This document shows positions 27,478 through 36,479 of a DNA stretch of 58,707 nt, piece after piece. The notes under the pieces were generated by a model that was not told the origin of the DNA, ran no database searches, and was given only the letters and a program-made list of their open reading frames with translations. Made by a program: the position numbers and the translations under genes. Numbering within the stretch: position 1 is the stretch's first letter; each line of letters begins with the position of its first letter. This stretch comes from an archaeon (GTDB lineage Archaea; EX4484-52; B79-G9), in NCBI GenBank assembly GCA_043813875.1, contig JBDRKP010000067.1, positions 1 to 58,707 of the forward strand, in the 5' to 3' direction.

Positions 27478-28181
27478 TCGATGTAGACATAAGAGGGATA
27501 TTCAACACATCACTCATAGACTATCCCGGAAAGATCGTATCAACAATATTCTTCAACAGATGCAACTTCCGGTGTCCATTCTGCCATAACCCGGAACTTG
27601 CATTGGATAAAGACCAGAACAACCCGATAGATACCGAAAAAATCATAGAGCACCTCATAAAAAGAAAAAAATGGCTTGACGGCGTTTGCCTGACGGGCGG
27701 AGAGCCGACACTGCACAAAGGACTCACTGAATTTATCGAAAACATAAAAAAAGAAGGATTCCTGGTAAAACTGGACACAAACGGCACAAACCCGTCAGTC
27801 CTCAAAGCACTTATCAAAAAAAAACAGCTGGACTACATCGCGATGGACATAAAGACAAATCTGGAAGACTATGAGAATGTCGCAAAAGTCAGGGTAAACA
27901 AAAAAGACATCAAAAAGAGCATCGGACTGATTCAAAACAGCACAATAGACTACGAATTCCGCACAACCATCGTACCGCCATACTTCAACAAAGACAACCT
28001 GATCAATATATGCGAATGGCTAAAAGAATCAAGACTTTATGTACTTCAACAATTTAAAAATAATACAGCAATGATTGATATGACACTATCAGATGTGGCT
28101 CCATACCCACAGAAGACAATAATGGAATTTAAAGAAATTGCATCAAAATACTTCAAAAACTGCGAAGTACGAGGAATATAA
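27474..28181 (+). CDS. nrdG: Anaerobic ribonucleotide reductase activating protein (radical SAM)
   Basis: DYPGK...FNRCNFRCPFCHNPEL (CxxxCxxC), GVCLTGGEPTL and LDTNG. The start overlaps the upstream stop (ATGA). Confidence 0.9.
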   Translation: MIDVDIRGIFNTSLIDYPGKIVSTIFFNRCNFRCPFCHNPELALDKDQNNPIDTEKIIEHLIKRKKWLDGVCLTGGEPTLHKGLTEFIENIKKEGFLVKLDTNGTNPSVLKALIKKKQLDYIAMDIKTNLEDYENVAKVRVNKKDIKKSIGLIQNSTIDYEFRTTIVPPYFNKDNLINICEWLKESRLYVLQQFKNNTAMIDMTLSDVAPYPQKTIMEFKEIASKYFKNCEVRGI

Positions 28182-28198
28182 AGAGGAGGCGGTATTAA

Positions 28199-28393
28199 AT
28201 GCCATATAAGATCACTATAGACGAAGAAGAATGCATCGGATGCGGTACATGCGCTGCACTATGCGACGAAAATTTCAAGATGGGCGACGACGGCAAAGCA
28301 AAAGTAAAAAACAAGACCGTGAACGAGCTAGGCTGCAACGAAGAAGCTAAAAACAGCTGCCCGGTATCATGCATCCACATCGACAAAGCATAG
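28199..28393 (+). CDS. Small single-cluster ferredoxin
   Basis: CIGCGTCAALC ... CPVSCI in 64 aa, preceded by AGGAGG. Confidence 0.85.
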   Translation: MPYKITIDEEECIGCGTCAALCDENFKMGDDGKAKVKNKTVNELGCNEEAKNSCPVSCIHIDKA

Positions 28394-28401
28394 TGAAGCA
28401 G

Positions 28402-29061
28402 ATGACCAAAGAAAAATGCATATGCACTCCACACGAACTATTAGAACAATACAAACAGGACAAAACAATCATAAAAGACCGGCTGAAAGAATTCAGAGAT
28501 ATGATGAAATCTTCCGACGAAACAATATTCTCAGAACTTGTTTTCTGCCTCTTCACCCCACAGTCGAGCGCAAAAAAATGTGACAGAGCCGTAAGACGCT
28601 TGATAGACGCCAACCTCCTGTTGGAAGGCGAGTCATCCGACATCGCAAAAGAAATAAGAGGTGTCCGCTTCCACAACACAAAATCAGCAAGAGTCATCAC
28701 CGCAAGAAACCAGTTCACAGAAAACAACCGCATAAGCATCAAAAAAAGAATAAACTCATACAGCGACAACTACGAACTAAGAGAATGGCTCATCAAAAAC
28801 GTAGACGGCCTCGGATACAAGGAATCAAGCCATTTCCTAAGAAATATAGGCCTTGGATTCGACATGGCAATACTAGACAGGCACATCTTAAACAACCTTA
28901 AAGCCCTCGATGTCATAGACTGCATCCCAAAAAGCATATCAAAGTCAAGATACCTGTCGATAGAAAGGAAGCTGATAGAATTCTCCGGAAAAATAGGACT
29001 CAGCCCAGCCGAACTAGACCTCCTCTTATGGTCAAAAGAGACCGGCGAAGTCTTCAAGTAG
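28402..29061 (+). CDS. ogg: N-glycosylase/DNA lyase (archaeal Ogg2-type 8-oxoguanine glycosylase, HhH-GPD)
   Basis: GLGYKESSHFLRNIGLGFDMAILDRHIL (HhH with the Lys...Asp catalytic pattern). The ATG at 28402 avoids overlap with the ferredoxin gene. Confidence 0.75.
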   Translation: MTKEKCICTPHELLEQYKQDKTIIKDRLKEFRDMMKSSDETIFSELVFCLFTPQSSAKKCDRAVRRLIDANLLLEGESSDIAKEIRGVRFHNTKSARVITARNQFTENNRISIKKRINSYSDNYELREWLIKNVDGLGYKESSHFLRNIGLGFDMAILDRHILNNLKALDVIDCIPKSISKSRYLSIERKLIEFSGKIGLSPAELDLLLWSKETGEVFK

Positions 29062-29244
29062 ATTTTTAAACTTAATTGACAATAAAAATAACTGATTATC
29101 AAGTAAAACCACGTGAGAATATGACAATGATAAAAATCACCCGAAACATAAAAACGATCACATTGGGTGATAAAAATAACTAATTCTGCACCATATTCCA
29201 CAAAAAACAGACATATAAACACATCATCTCAGGAGTTGATATAA

Positions 29245-29544
29245 ATGCCAACATTAAAAGGAGCCTATAAAAGAGGATGGCAGTCTGCCAGAAGCAGAGG
29301 CCACCAGTCGACAGTCACATGCGGATTTTGCGGACGCATGGTCCCGCGATATAAGACTTTCACGACATACAGAGGATTCAGGATAACCGACCCATTCTTA
29401 AGAAAAGAACTGGAACACTCTTCCACCTCTTTCAGCCAGGAAAAAGTCTACGCATGCCCCGCCTGCGCAAGACACAGATCCATAGTCCAGAAAAGAGACG
29501 AAACGGGCCACAAAGTCACGAAAAAAAGAAGAAGCACCAGATAA
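29245..29544 (+). CDS. rps26e: 30S ribosomal protein S26e
   Basis: RSRGHQSTVTCGFCGRMVPRYK ... YACPACARHRSIVQKRD matches the S26e pattern GH..V.C..CGR.VP..K / C..CA.H..IV. An SD-like AGGAG lies upstream. Confidence 0.75.
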   Translation: MPTLKGAYKRGWQSARSRGHQSTVTCGFCGRMVPRYKTFTTYRGFRITDPFLRKELEHSSTSFSQEKVYACPACARHRSIVQKRDETGHKVTKKRRSTR

Positions 29545-29628
29545 TGTTCGTTGATCCACGATTCTCATCAAAGCCCTGAAAAATATAAGAAGTAGCACGA
29601 CTAATTAGTCATTGGAATAAAGAGACCG

Positions 29629-31314
29629 GTGATAATCACGCCCTTAAGAGGACTATTGAGAAGAAAATACGATCAATCAAAACAGGAAAAAAGGATCATC
29701 GATGAAGAGATAGCCCGATTCACAGTCAGAGACAGTGAAAAAATCATAGTTCTCCCTGAAACAAAAGGAACAGAGAACACAGATGTAGTCTACCCGCTAA
29801 TACCCCCCTTCGCTTACGCCAGAATCACATGGAACGAAGAAGAACAAGCACTGATTTACCGTGTAGACCAGCCAGAACTGGACGAAGACGAAAAAGATCT
29901 GCTTCACCTCATAAGCAAAGGATTGACAAAAACACTGGAAACAAACATCAGCATACTAAGAGAAAGAGAAACACTGCTTAAATACATCCAACAAAAAACA
30001 AAGGAAATAATTGAAGAATACGGCATAACACTTAAACCCGGCCAATACACAAGGCTTATGTACTACATCTACATCAATTTCGTAGGCCTCAACGAACTTG
30101 AACCATTGATGCATGACAATTATATCGAAGACATAGGCTGTGACGGAACAAGTGTAGCACTCTATGTCACGCACAAAAAATACGGCAATATCAAAACAAA
30201 CATCTCCTTCAACACCAAAGAAAGATTGCAGGAATTCGTCACAAAACTCGCCGAAAGATGCGGCAAATACATATCCTACGCAGAACCGATTCTGGATGGC
30301 TCCCTGCCAGACGGCTCAAGAATAAACTCCACGCTGGCATCCGACGTGACAACAAGAGGCCCCACATTTTCTATCCGGAAATTCAGAAAAGTACCATACA
30401 GCGTAATCGACCTGATACGGCTAAAAACAGCTACGATTGACGAATTCGCATACCTCTGGTACGTCATAGAACACAAAGTGAACATATTAATCTGTGGCGG
30501 TACAGGAGCTGGAAAGACGTCTTTCCTGAACGCAATAGTCTCATTCATACCGCCCGAAGACAAGATAATTTCAATTGAAGACACACAGGAACTGAACCTG
30601 CCTCACGAAAACTGGATTCCGTGCATATCAAGGCTCTCTTTCGGCACCACCAATGCAAGAGGAGAAAAATACGGAGAAGTCACAATGTTCAGCTTACTAA
30701 AAGAATCATTCAGGCAAAACCCGGATTATGTTATCGTAGGCGAAGTAAGAGGTACAGAAGCATCAGTCCTTTTTCAGGGCATGGCATCAGGTCATCCGTC
30801 TTTCGGAACAATCCACGGAGGCTCAGTAGACGACATCATCAAAAGAATGCAGACACCCCCGATAAGCCTCTCACCGAGCCTTCTGGAGACACTGGACATT
30901 GTACTCGTCATAAGCCGCGCATTGCAATACGGAAAAAGCGCAAGAAGACTAAAAAGCATCTGCGAGATCGAAAGCATCGACTCAGACTCCGGAAGAGCAC
31001 GAATGATCAAAAGCTATCAATGGAGCCCGGGTGACGACAAACACGAAAAGCACAAGAGCTATGTCCTTGAAAAAATAAGCGCCGACTATGGTATCCCTTT
31101 TAATCAGATAATGGAAGATATAGAAGACAGAAGAGCCCTGCTCGAATGGCTATACCGGAAAAAAATAACCTATTTCAAAGATGTTTCCCTCTACATCGCA
31201 AAATATTACAAAAATAAAAAAGGCATCATGGAAATACTAAAAAAAGACATCCCTGCAAACGACATAAAAGAAGATGTACAATCTAGATCTTCAACACTAT
31301 GCCCTCTTCAGTAA
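29629..31314 (+). CDS. Type II/IV secretion-family ATPase (archaeal FlaI/ArlI / PilB-like assembly ATPase)
   Basis: Walker A ILICGGTGAGKTSFLNAI, the Asp/His boxes IISIEDTQEL and YVIVGEVRGTEA, and GHPSFGTIH. The start is GTG. The 3' end overlaps the convergent gene by 32 nt. Confidence 0.9.
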   Translation: MIITPLRGLLRRKYDQSKQEKRIIDEEIARFTVRDSEKIIVLPETKGTENTDVVYPLIPPFAYARITWNEEEQALIYRVDQPELDEDEKDLLHLISKGLTKTLETNISILRERETLLKYIQQKTKEIIEEYGITLKPGQYTRLMYYIYINFVGLNELEPLMHDNYIEDIGCDGTSVALYVTHKKYGNIKTNISFNTKERLQEFVTKLAERCGKYISYAEPILDGSLPDGSRINSTLASDVTTRGPTFSIRKFRKVPYSVIDLIRLKTATIDEFAYLWYVIEHKVNILICGGTGAGKTSFLNAIVSFIPPEDKIISIEDTQELNLPHENWIPCISRLSFGTTNARGEKYGEVTMFSLLKESFRQNPDYVIVGEVRGTEASVLFQGMASGHPSFGTIHGGSVDDIIKRMQTPPISLSPSLLETLDIVLVISRALQYGKSARRLKSICEIESIDSDSGRARMIKSYQWSPGDDKHEKHKSYVLEKISADYGIPFNQIMEDIEDRRALLEWLYRKKITYFKDVSLYIAKYYKNKKGIMEILKKDIPANDIKEDVQSRSSTLCPLQ

Positions 31315-31960
31315 TCTCATATTCCACCCATATTCTTTGATGGCGTGTATCCTTCATCTTCGATATCCTCAAAAATCTCTTATCTTCTTCAAACTTCATC
31401 TCAATCAAGCCATCAGCAAGAAAATTCAGAGTAGAAACGATTCTGATATCATGTACCCCCTCCTCCAGAGTAAGAAATAAAGTTGAATCAGTTGAAGTAG
31501 ACTTAGCAATAAACTCTTGCAAAAAAAGAGGCACCATCTGCGGATCAGAATACAAAAACAACGTAGATATAGAATCAGCAACCAATCGCTTATCTTTTTT
31601 GCCGATATCACGCAACAGATCCGTAAAGACCATATTCAATTGATTAAGATTAGACAAGCCATCGACCGCATACATGGAATTACAACCAGACCCGATCCTC
31701 CACGAAAAGCAATCAAGAAAAGTCAACTTCCCATCGCTATTCCAACCGAAACGCTTCATGGATTGCCTTATAGACTCCGGCCGGCTATCAAAAGTAACGA
31801 AAATGCACTCCTCATTTTCCCTTATGCCTTCATTCAAAATCTGCTCACAAAGGATGCTCTTTCCAACACCAGGCGGACCAATGAGTAAAATAGCCGCATT
31901 TTTCGGAAACCCTCCCTCAATCAGCTTATCCAGATTTTTGATACCCGACTGTTCGCGCAT
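31283..31960 (-). CDS. Single-domain KaiC-like ATPase (FlaH/ArlH-like)
   Basis: GIKNLDKLIEGGFPKNAAILLIGPPGVGKSIL, RLVADSIS (Walker B-like) and LRISKMKDTRHQ. Confidence 0.8.
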   Translation of the reverse strand: MREQSGIKNLDKLIEGGFPKNAAILLIGPPGVGKSILCEQILNEGIRENEECIFVTFDSRPESIRQSMKRFGWNSDGKLTFLDCFSWRIGSGCNSMYAVDGLSNLNQLNMVFTDLLRDIGKKDKRLVADSISTLFLYSDPQMVPLFLQEFIAKSTSTDSTLFLTLEEGVHDIRIVSTLNFLADGLIEMKFEEDKRFLRISKMKDTRHQRIWVEYEITEEGIVLKI

Positions 31961-31978
31961 AAGTTCACCATCACCACA

Positions 31979-32455
31979 TTAGCACACACGCGCCACAAAT
32001 TCGCAGTAATCGTCCCCCAGCCCCCCGCAAAGAGTCTCCCTGACAACCACCCTTTTTTTGACTTTCGACTCGAGGAACCCCGCAATAATCCCTGCCTCAA
32101 AATAACATATCTGCGCTTCCACCGGATGCATATCCCTGCATGCACTGCAATCTTCTAGCCGGAATACATACCTCGTACCAGAATCACCGATCAGCTTCAA
32201 TTTACCGATACCGGACCTCATAAAAAAATCCTCTAGAAACGCACACGCCTTCTCAACACTATCCGCATCACACCTATCGGACAAAGAATTCTTGGCAAAC
32301 TTCTTACCCGCCATATAAAGTGCCGAAAAATAACCCACACTCAACCATTCCAACGAATATACCATCAACCGTTTTGAAACATTAGGACATAGTTCTTTAT
32401 CTTTTAAAAACACATCAAGCTCCCGATCAATTGCTTCCTTCCAAGAATCCTCCAT
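31979..32455 (-). CDS. Stand-alone V4R (4-vinyl reductase-type) domain protein
   Basis: C-terminal YVFRLEDCSACRDMHPVEAQICYFEAGIIAGFLES...VRETLCGGLGDDYCEFV reproduces the V4R Cys/Gly pattern. Confidence 0.65.
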   Translation of the reverse strand: MEDSWKEAIDRELDVFLKDKELCPNVSKRLMVYSLEWLSVGYFSALYMAGKKFAKNSLSDRCDADSVEKACAFLEDFFMRSGIGKLKLIGDSGTRYVFRLEDCSACRDMHPVEAQICYFEAGIIAGFLESKVKKRVVVRETLCGGLGDDYCEFVARVC

Positions 32456-32482
32456 ATTCTACCACCATCTTTAACTTCAATC

Positions 32483-32755
32483 TCATACTTTATGCGTAAC
32501 ATATAACTGATAAAATCCAACCAACAATAAAACAGAACCCAATACAGAAGCAACCAGATAATTGCCACTACCCATCCCGGCATTTTCCAGCGCCTTCATC
32601 AATTCACTGCATGCAAAAACAGCAAATGCTACAGAGATAACAATCCAGTATCTCTCAATATTAGGAAACAGAGACGAATACCGGTATATAAACCACGAGA
32701 TTAATGCAAACATCATCGCTGTAATAAGATCACTCATAAAGAGCATACTATACAT
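32483..32755 (-). CDS. Small (~90 aa) three-TM membrane protein (start uncertain: 32755 or 32746)
   Basis: Three hydrophobic helices. It sits in an operon with the V4R and KaiC-like genes and overlaps the upstream stop. Confidence 0.45.
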   Translation of the reverse strand: MYSMLFMSDLITAMMFALISWFIYRYSSLFPNIERYWIVISVAFAVFACSELMKALENAGMGSGNYLVASVLGSVLLLVGFYQLYVTHKV

Positions 32756-33041
32756 TCCTCGTCTCCTCCTCGATTTTATACACAGCATACATCGCAAGCG
32801 CCGGCCCAATCGGCTGGATCAGCGCATAAAATATATCGAAAAACTCCAGGTTAAAATATGAATTCATCATCGGCAACAGAGCATCAGAAACCCAATATAT
32901 AGACACACCCCAAAAGAAAAACTTCCAGTAATCAGGAATATCCCTATACTCAAAGAACCGGTTAAGGAACTTATTAAAGAAATACAAGGATACAAAACCA
33001 ATCACTACATAAAAGTACACTAACAAAGTCATAATCAACAT
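32748..33041 (-). CDS. Small (~97 aa) three-TM membrane protein (start 33041 or 33032)
   Basis: MLIMTLLVYFYVVIGFVSLYFF... with three hydrophobic helices. The upstream part of the 161-aa track ORF overlaps the divergent KaiC gene and is discounted. Confidence 0.45.
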   Translation of the reverse strand: MLIMTLLVYFYVVIGFVSLYFFNKFLNRFFEYRDIPDYWKFFFWGVSIYWVSDALLPMMNSYFNLEFFDIFYALIQPIGPALAMYAVYKIEEETRNV

Positions 33042-33120
33042 ATACCATATTTGTTTACAAACATATATATATGAAAATTGACCATATATCCATACAGATT
33101 TAAGAAAGTGAGGAATTAGC

Positions 33121-33816
33121 TTGATAGAAAGAATAAAAACAAACATAACAGGTCTTGACGACATACTTAACGGCGGCATTCCTGAAGGAAATGAAATACT
33201 GATAGCAGGGCCAACCGGCTCTGGCAAAACCATACTCTCATTAGAATTCCTCTACCGTGGCGCACTCAATGGTGAAAGAGGCATATACATATCCTTCGAA
33301 GAAGACGAAAAAGCAATTGTAAGGAATGTAACTGAGATAGGCATGGATCTGGCAGAACAGATAGAAAACGATATGATTCGGGTTATCCGATATGATCCCT
33401 ACAGATTCGAAAACCTATCAGACCTGCTAACGATGAACATCAAAGAGACCGGAGCAAAAAGAATCGTAATAGACTCAATAACCGCGATAAATCTCTACAT
33501 CCAGGAAGAAAAAGACATAAGAAAGACACTTGTCGACATACAGTCAATATTAAGAAACAACAACTGCACCGCATTTCTTATCTCCGAGATACCTGCAGAA
33601 AACAGCAAAATGATAAGCAGATTCGGCGTCGAAGAATTCGTAGCAGACGGGATCATCATCCTTTATTACACACACATAAACTCCGAATACTCAAGATCAA
33701 TATCAGTATGGAAAATGAGGGGCTCAACACACTCGCGAAAAATACACCCTTTCAAGATATCAAAAGAAGGCATAATCATCTATCCGCGAGAAGAAGCCTT
33801 GATAAAACTCAATTAG
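33121..33816 (+). CDS. Single-domain KaiC-like ATPase
   Basis: ITGLDDILNGGIPEGNEILIAGPTGSGKTILSLEF, RIVIDSI and SISVWKMRGSTHSRKIHPFKISKEGI. The start is TTG. Confidence 0.85.
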   Translation: MIERIKTNITGLDDILNGGIPEGNEILIAGPTGSGKTILSLEFLYRGALNGERGIYISFEEDEKAIVRNVTEIGMDLAEQIENDMIRVIRYDPYRFENLSDLLTMNIKETGAKRIVIDSITAINLYIQEEKDIRKTLVDIQSILRNNNCTAFLISEIPAENSKMISRFGVEEFVADGIIILYYTHINSEYSRSISVWKMRGSTHSRKIHPFKISKEGIIIYPREEALIKLN

Positions 33817-33904
33817 CCAGTGATAAAATGCTAAAAAAAAAAAGAATCAGAATGAATACGATACCTCATTAAACGAACTGAAATCATTTTTAACTTCAAA
33901 GGGC

Positions 33905-34876
33905 TTGATTGAAGAACAAAAAAAACAGCATATAAATCGTTCTTCATATACTTCAAAAATATCAGTCATGACTGAATCCCTGCTAAATACAAAATACCTG
34001 AAAAACTACAAAGCTTTCTCAAATGTGCTTTTTACAGGCCTCAGCAAGAAGATGGACATATATTTCAATCCACTGAAAAATGCATTGGAATCATCCAATA
34101 TAGATATACTCCCAAACACATACCTGACCCTATCTTTATCTACCTCATTTCTTGCAGCACTAGGTTCCGTCATCATGATACTATTCGAAACGACATTCAT
34201 ATCAATAGGTCCAATTGCCCTTGCATCAGGTCTCATTTTTATTCCCGTGGTTTCCTTCCTATTAGTATTTTCTATATTCTACATGTATCCATTCCAGAAA
34301 CTCCATCAAAATGCAACAAATATCAACACTAATCTTCCATTTGCTATCAACCACATGGCAGCCATCGCATCTGCGGGAGTTCCACCCCTGAAGTGTTTTG
34401 AAATGCTGGCTGAATTCGGGGAATACGGAGGCGTATCAGATGAATCAAGAAACATCGTACGCAGAGTAAATGGATTTGGTGAAGACATAACACAATCAAT
34501 AAAATACGTTGCACAAAGAACACCGTCAAGGGACTTCAAAGATTTGCTCTATGGGATGCTATCGGTCATTGAAAGCGGAGGCAACATGAAAGAATACCTC
34601 AACGAAATGGCACAACTGGCACTATTTAATTATAAACTATCAAGAAAAAAATACATCAACTCATTGTCTACTTATGCAGACATCTATACAGCAATCTTGA
34701 TAGCAGCGCCACTATTTTTAGTATCCATCCTATCGGTCATGAACCTGGTACCAGGAACAACAGGAGTCGCAGGAATGTCAATAATCTATTTTATGAGCAT
34801 GGGAATATATGTTGTCATACCCACACTAAACATAGCATTCATATTGTTTATTACCTACACACAACCGGAAATCTGA
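33905..34876 (+). CDS. FlaJ/TadC-like platform protein, first half (one T2SS-F domain). Start uncertain (TTG 33905 or ATG 33968).
   Basis: FAINHMAAIASAGVPPLKCFEMLAEF...DITQSIKYVAQRTPSRDFKDLLYGMLSVIESGGNMKEYL, with flanking TM helices. Confidence 0.8.
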   Translation: MIEEQKKQHINRSSYTSKISVMTESLLNTKYLKNYKAFSNVLFTGLSKKMDIYFNPLKNALESSNIDILPNTYLTLSLSTSFLAALGSVIMILFETTFISIGPIALASGLIFIPVVSFLLVFSIFYMYPFQKLHQNATNINTNLPFAINHMAAIASAGVPPLKCFEMLAEFGEYGGVSDESRNIVRRVNGFGEDITQSIKYVAQRTPSRDFKDLLYGMLSVIESGGNMKEYLNEMAQLALFNYKLSRKKYINSLSTYADIYTAILIAAPLFLVSILSVMNLVPGTTGVAGMSIIYFMSMGIYVVIPTLNIAFILFITYTQPEI

Positions 34877-34881
34877 TCTAC

Positions 34882-35787
34882 ATGTCACTCAAAGAAACAT
34901 ATCACAACTACAAAGAACTAATCACCATAATCCTATCAATATTAGCCGGAAGTGCAATAGTCATCATCAATATACTAATCATTGGCCCGGAAAGTGACTT
35001 CTTGTTCACAATCACAAACATCATTGCAGTTGGAACAGTATCCCTGCCGATAGCAATAGTATACTACAACAAATATAAGCTGATAAAAGCTTACGAAGAC
35101 ATATATCCTGACTTCTTAAGAACAATCGTTGAAGGATTGAGTGGCGGGATGTCACTTCCGCTTGCGATAAACTACGCCTCCCAGAGCAACTATGGTATCC
35201 TGACACCAGCCGTAAAAAAACTCGTCGCCCAGATATCATGGGGTGTCTGTTTTGAAGATGCCCTCCGAAACTTTGCAGACACCATTCAAAGTCCGGTCGT
35301 TACAAGATCAGTATCAACAATAATCGAATGCCACAGATCTGGCGGTAACATTGGAGACGTCTTAAACTCAGTAAGCGGCTCACTCATTGAAATAGAAAAG
35401 ATAAGACGGGAGCGCTCGATGATGATATCAAGCCAGATGATGACAGGATACATCATATTCTTCGTCTTCATAGTAGTAATGATTGGCATAAGAGAATTTT
35501 TCCTCTGCGGCTTCAGTTTTCCTGCTTCAAGCGTGGGCGGCGAAACATTCTTTCAAGAAAACCAGCCCGAAGGATATACTTCAGAGAAGTACGGAACAAT
35601 GTTTACACACCTTGCGATAATTCAGGGGTTTTTTGCAGGTTTGGTTATCGGGAAACTATCAGAAGGGCGCCTAAGCGCAGGCACGAAACACGCAATAATC
35701 CTCGCATTGACAGGCTATACGTCATTAGTTCTCGCACATGAAATCATCAAATCCATGAATTTATTCGCAGGCAGCGGCACATGCTAA
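34882..35787 (+). CDS. FlaJ/TadC-like platform protein, second half (one T2SS-F domain)
   Basis: FLRTIVEGLSGGMSLPLAINYA...FEDALRNFADTIQSPVVTRSVSTIIECHRSGGNIGDVL. It starts 6 nt after the previous gene. Confidence 0.8.
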   Translation: MSLKETYHNYKELITIILSILAGSAIVIINILIIGPESDFLFTITNIIAVGTVSLPIAIVYYNKYKLIKAYEDIYPDFLRTIVEGLSGGMSLPLAINYASQSNYGILTPAVKKLVAQISWGVCFEDALRNFADTIQSPVVTRSVSTIIECHRSGGNIGDVLNSVSGSLIEIEKIRRERSMMISSQMMTGYIIFFVFIVVMIGIREFFLCGFSFPASSVGGETFFQENQPEGYTSEKYGTMFTHLAIIQGFFAGLVIGKLSEGRLSAGTKHAIILALTGYTSLVLAHEIIKSMNLFAGSGTC

Positions 35788-35898
35788 CTAATCACAGGAA
35801 ATTCAAAGAGCAACTAATAAGAAAGATATATATACTAGATAAGCCCATTATCTTATAGTAAATCGACACAAAATTAAACACTCAAGGTGCACAACACA

Positions 35899-36429
35899 AT
35901 GATATTTTCAAAAAGAAAGGGAGTAAGCCCACTCATAGCAGCAGTATTATTGATTGCGTTCACAATGGCTGTAGCTGCGATACTGACAGCATGGATTGCA
36001 GGATTTACACAAGAGCACAAAGACCGCAGCGAAGCATTTGACAGGAAGATAAGTTGCGCGTACTCAAACATAGAAGCAGACAGGGATTATGCAAAATGGA
36101 ATGACACAAACAAAATATTTTACACCCTCATCTCAAACACCGGCGTCGATGCCATCACACTCACAAAAGTGGAAACATGGGTAGGAAGCGCTAAGCAAAT
36201 ACCAATCTATCTGGACACAAATAATAGTAACAGAATCGTTGATAAGAACGCCTACGCAGAACTTTATATAAATTTGAGCAGTGCATTTTCTTCCGGAACC
36301 GGCGAACTTACCAAGGTAAAGTTAATCACAGAATGCGAGCCGGTATTTGATACAGTCACACAGCCACAAGGCGGTTGGACCACATTCGCATGGGATCCAG
36401 CCACACAACCTCTCGCCAACACCAAGTAA
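35899..36429 (+). CDS. Archaeal type IV pilin/archaellin-like protein with class III signal peptide
   Basis: MIFSKRKG/VSPLIAAVLLIAFTMAVAAILTAWIAGF (the KG|VSPLIA prepilin peptidase site type). The ATG at 35899 is preferred to the GTG at 35887. Confidence 0.8.
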   Translation: MIFSKRKGVSPLIAAVLLIAFTMAVAAILTAWIAGFTQEHKDRSEAFDRKISCAYSNIEADRDYAKWNDTNKIFYTLISNTGVDAITLTKVETWVGSAKQIPIYLDTNNSNRIVDKNAYAELYINLSSAFSSGTGELTKVKLITECEPVFDTVTQPQGGWTTFAWDPATQPLANTK

Positions 36430-36479
36430 GAAAAATGATTTAATAAAATCATCTAAATAATCACTTATCAATCATAGTT

